Both the position numbers and the translations under genes were made by a program. This document shows positions 60,870 to 64,000 of a DNA stretch of 64,000 nucleotides, in pieces. The notes beneath the pieces are model-generated. The model was given only the letters and a program-made list of their open reading frames with translations. It searched no databases and had not been told where the DNA came from. Every line of letters begins with the position of its first letter. Position 1 is the stretch's first letter. This stretch comes from a bacterium. GTDB taxonomy: Bacteria > Electryoneota > Electryoneia > Electryoneales > Electryoneaceae. The DNA is taken from positions 576,001-640,000 of the forward strand of contig OY769902.1 of NCBI GenBank assembly GCA_963669175.1, read 5' to 3'.

Positions 60870-62327
60870 ATGGCCATCACTGGTGTACCAACTGATGTTT
60901 CACATGATAAGGATAACGGGTTTGTGCATGATTTAAGCAAACGCCTTCCTTATCATGTTGAAAATCCACATCCTGAGAACACAGTCGAGAGGTTCCTGGA
61001 TGCGTTCGCAGCGGTTCTCGAGCATACCGACTACAAGTCGTTGTTGGACTCTTACTGTCGCACAACAAACAAATGCAACAGGTGTTCCGTCACCTGTCCC
61101 GTGTACCAGGTGACAAAAGATCCGCGTGATATTCCCTGTTACAAAACCACCCTGCTCCTGCAGGTATACCAGAGGTATTTCACCTTTGGCGGGTGGCTAC
61201 GTTCCAACTTTACACCCAGCAGCTTTGAACTGACGCCGGAAGTCATCGAAGAGATGGCGGAAGTGTTTTATCGTTGCACAGCGTGTCGTCGTTGCACACT
61301 GGAATGCCCGATGGGGATGGATCATGGTCTGATTACACGTCTGGGACGTTATATCCTGAGCCTGATCGGGATCAGCTCCAAGGCGTTGCAGGTCAGTGTG
61401 CGAGAGCAACTGGAAGGCGAAACACACAACACGTCCAAGATCCCTAAACCCGCTTTGATGAGCAACCTGGAATTCCTTGAAGAAGAGTTTGAAGACCAGT
61501 TCGGTATTTCGCTCAAGGTGCCAGTGGATGAGATGAACCGTGAATACACCTTCTTCTGCGCGGTCAGCGACTACCTGATGGAGCCGGACACGCTGCTGGG
61601 GAACATGGCGGTGCTGTACGCGGCCGGTGACTGGGACAAATGGACCATCGGCTCCCAGAATTTTGACGGTATCAACTACGGCCTGTTTTACAGCGACTGG
61701 CATCTCGAAAAAATCATCAAGCAGCTCGTCCGTGAAACCACACGCCTCAAGGGCCAGAAGTTGCTGATTGGCGAGTGTGGTCACGCCTCCCGTTCTGCCC
61801 ATGACTTCGTCCCGGTATTTGGCGGAGCAGAAGCATATCCGGTCGTCAGTTTCATAGAATACACACTTGATTGTGTACGCAAAGGCAAGATCAAGCTGAA
61901 CCCGGACATCATCACGGAGAAGGTGACCTATCACGATCCCTGCAACATGGCGCGTGGCGGTTGGATTGTGAACCAACCTCGTGAAATCCTCAAAACATTT
62001 GTCAAGGATTACGTGGAAATGACCCCCGGCGGACGGAACAACTACTGCTGCGGCGGCGGGGGCGGGCTGGTTTCCATTGACGAGATCTATGATTACCGGA
62101 TGGAAATCGGTGGTAAGGTCAAGGCGGATCAGATCGTGGCTACAGGCGCAAAAATCTGCATCGCCCCCTGCGCCAACTGCAAGAAACAGCTAAAGGAGCT
62201 GGTCGCTTATCACAAGATCGACTGTGAGGTGATCGGTTTGCATGACCTCATCCTGAAAGCTATCGAAATTCCCGGGGCGAAAAGCGCTGCCGAACGCAAG
62301 GAAGAAGCTGAACTTTACGCCATGTAA
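60870..62327 (+). CDS. Fe-S/CCG-domain protein (HmcF/TmcB/DsrK/HdrD-like)
   Basis: 'C..CNRC...CP', 'CTACRRC...CPMG', 'GECGH', 'YHDPC', 'CCGGGGG', 'PCANC'. Confidence 0.85.
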   Translation: MAITGVPTDVSHDKDNGFVHDLSKRLPYHVENPHPENTVERFLDAFAAVLEHTDYKSLLDSYCRTTNKCNRCSVTCPVYQVTKDPRDIPCYKTTLLLQVYQRYFTFGGWLRSNFTPSSFELTPEVIEEMAEVFYRCTACRRCTLECPMGMDHGLITRLGRYILSLIGISSKALQVSVREQLEGETHNTSKIPKPALMSNLEFLEEEFEDQFGISLKVPVDEMNREYTFFCAVSDYLMEPDTLLGNMAVLYAAGDWDKWTIGSQNFDGINYGLFYSDWHLEKIIKQLVRETTRLKGQKLLIGECGHASRSAHDFVPVFGGAEAYPVVSFIEYTLDCVRKGKIKLNPDIITEKVTYHDPCNMARGGWIVNQPREILKTFVKDYVEMTPGGRNNYCCGGGGGLVSIDEIYDYRMEIGGKVKADQIVATGAKICIAPCANCKKQLKELVAYHKIDCEVIGLHDLILKAIEIPGAKSAAERKEEAELYAM

Positions 62328-62340
62328 GGAGGCTGAAGTC

Positions 62341-63042
62341 GTGATAGACAAATGGATTGACTTTTTCATGGGTCCCATGTTCGCCCTGACTTTCCTGTTC
62401 ATGGTGTTAGGTTTGGGACGTCACCTGGTTCTCCAGTTGGATACCCTTTTCCGTAGAAAAGGCGACAGGCTGAAACACATGCCCTGGCGGAAAATGATGA
62501 AGGATTCCCTGGGGTGGGCTTTCCCGATCAAGCACCTGGTTACGGGAAATGTGATTTTCTCCAACGCTTCTTTCCTCTTCCATATCGGCGCGATCCTGGT
62601 CCCGTTATTCCTGCTGGATCATATCGCACTGTGGGAGGGGTTGCTGAAGATCAATCTGCCTGCTTTGAGTCCCATGTGGGCAGATATTCTGACTGTGATC
62701 ACCATCGTAACCCTGCTGGTTTTGCTGATGAACCGTACCATTTTTGCTAAAATGCGCGCCATCGGCCGGCCTTCGGATTACTGGATACTGGTTTTAACCC
62801 TGTTGCCATTCGTGACAGGCTTCCTTGCAGCGCATCCTTCGATGAATCCGCTGCGCTGGGAAACCATGTTCCTGCTGCATCTGCTGAGTGCGGAAGCGCT
62901 GTTCCTGATGATCCCGTTCAGCAAGCTTTCCCATATCGTTCTGATCTTCTTCGACCGCATCAGCGAGGTTCACTGGCAGTTGCGGCCCGGCGCCGGTGAC
63001 CGTGTTGCCGAAGCGCTGTACGGGAAGGAGGCGAAGGTCTGA
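62341..63042 (+). CDS. Membrane cytochrome b subunit (HmcE/TmcC/NarI-like)
   Basis: About five TM helices with His ligands 'FHIG', 'DH', 'LHLLS', 'PFSKLSH'. Confidence 0.85.
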   Translation: MIDKWIDFFMGPMFALTFLFMVLGLGRHLVLQLDTLFRRKGDRLKHMPWRKMMKDSLGWAFPIKHLVTGNVIFSNASFLFHIGAILVPLFLLDHIALWEGLLKINLPALSPMWADILTVITIVTLLVLLMNRTIFAKMRAIGRPSDYWILVLTLLPFVTGFLAAHPSMNPLRWETMFLLHLLSAEALFLMIPFSKLSHIVLIFFDRISEVHWQLRPGAGDRVAEALYGKEAKV

Positions 63043-63836
63043 TGAAAACTGTTGGCATGTTGATAGATGTTACCAAATGTATTGGCTGTGAACGCTGTGT
63101 TGCAGCCTGTGTAGAAGCGAACCACCTGGACCCGGTACGCGCGGATCATGACAAGGCAGTCATTTCCGACGGCCTTTCCGCAAACCGGCTGAGTACGGTG
63201 GTTCAGCTCACCAGCGACCGTTTTGCCAAGAAAGCCTGTATGCACTGCGTAGATCCGAGCTGTGTCGCTGCATGTCTCGTGGGTGGCATTACAAAGTCGG
63301 AAAACGGCGCTGTTGTTTACGATCCCGATAAATGTATCGGCTGCCGGTATTGTATGCTGGCATGCCCGTTCCATGTACCGCGTTATGAATGGGGCGAGAT
63401 TGTCCCCTTCATGAAGAAATGCGAATTGTGTGAAGAACGGTTGGCGCAGGGCGAAATTCCCGCTTGTGCAGACGCCTGTCCGCAAGATGTGATCACGTAC
63501 GGTGACCGTGAAGAATTGCTCGCCGAAGCACACCGTCGAATCCAGGCGAATCCCGGACAATACCTGAACCATGTCTGGGGCGAAGAGGAATTCGGCGGGA
63601 CATCAGTCATGTATATCTCCGATGTAGATCTGGCCGAACTTGGCTGGCCGGATGCCAAGGCGGAGCCGATTCCCGAAATGGTTGCCCCGGTTGTTCATGC
63701 CACCCCCTACATCGCCGGAAGCGTGCTGTTCAGTGTAGCCGGTTTGAACTGGGTGGTTCGTCGCAGGATGCAACGTATGGGTGAAGCCGAATCCACAGAA
63801 GGAAAGGCACACGATTCAGAGGAGACGGCGTCATGA
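63042..63836 (+). CDS. 4x[4Fe-4S] electron-transfer subunit (HmcB/HybA-like)
   Basis: 'CIGCERCVAAC', 'CMHCVDPSCVAAC', 'CIGCRYCMLACPF', 'KCELC..R......PACADACP'; C-terminal TM anchor. Confidence 0.88.
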   Translation: MKTVGMLIDVTKCIGCERCVAACVEANHLDPVRADHDKAVISDGLSANRLSTVVQLTSDRFAKKACMHCVDPSCVAACLVGGITKSENGAVVYDPDKCIGCRYCMLACPFHVPRYEWGEIVPFMKKCELCEERLAQGEIPACADACPQDVITYGDREELLAEAHRRIQANPGQYLNHVWGEEEFGGTSVMYISDVDLAELGWPDAKAEPIPEMVAPVVHATPYIAGSVLFSVAGLNWVVRRRMQRMGEAESTEGKAHDSEETAS

Positions 63837-64000
63837 ACGAGGAATTGAGCAGAGAACGTATACGCCGCATCAAGGACATTTTCTGGATTCTGGCGTTTGT
63901 TGGTGTTGTTGCCATGGTGTTGCGGTTTGTCTTCGGCCTGGGTGCAACGACTGAATTGACCGACCGTGTGCCCTGGGGCCTGTGGAAGATTTTCAACATG
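63833..64000 (+). CDS. NrfD/HybB/HmcC-family membrane subunit (3'-truncated)
   Basis: Hand translation MNEELSRERIRRIKDIFW...LRFVFGLGATTELTDRVPWGLWKIFNM. Confidence 0.8.
   Translation, partial: MNEELSRERIRRIKDIFWILAFVGVVAMVLRFVFGLGATTELTDRVPWGLWKIFNM

Overview
Bacterial chromosomal window, probably from an FCB-superphylum anaerobe (inferred from several secreted proteins with 'YPNPFN' C-terminal sorting domains and an Orp/Hmc-type redox locus). The centre is a ~23.4 kb integrative element (29089-52504) inserted in tRNA-Arg(ACG) and bounded by a perfect 45-bp att repeat. It encodes a tyrosine integrase and excisionase, a recombination module (PD-(D/E)xK nuclease, DUF932, Rad52/Sak-like), an AbiEi/AbiEii toxin-antitoxin pair, an HNH-HTH protein, an AEP primase-polymerase and a complete type I-E CRISPR-Cas system with 40 repeats and 39 spacers. 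The most notable gene is a ~791-aa protein carrying the motifs of eukaryotic RNAi RdRPs / phage YonO-type single-subunit two-barrel RNA polymerases (DGxGxIS, QxR..KG, SMxK, RxP, DFDGD). I recognised no capsid, terminase, relaxase/T4SS or CI-repressor gene, so it looks like a satellite-type or mobilisable defence element with its own RNA polymerase. The left flank holds secreted proteins, two-component kinases, a VWA locus, cinA, two frameshifted genes and REP-like repeats. The right flank holds a C69 dipeptidase, an Orp-like Fe-S/ATPase operon with an OrpR-like sigma-54 activator, divergent sigma-54 promoters and an Hmc/Tmc-like membrane redox complex. All family calls are by eye from motifs; no searches were run.
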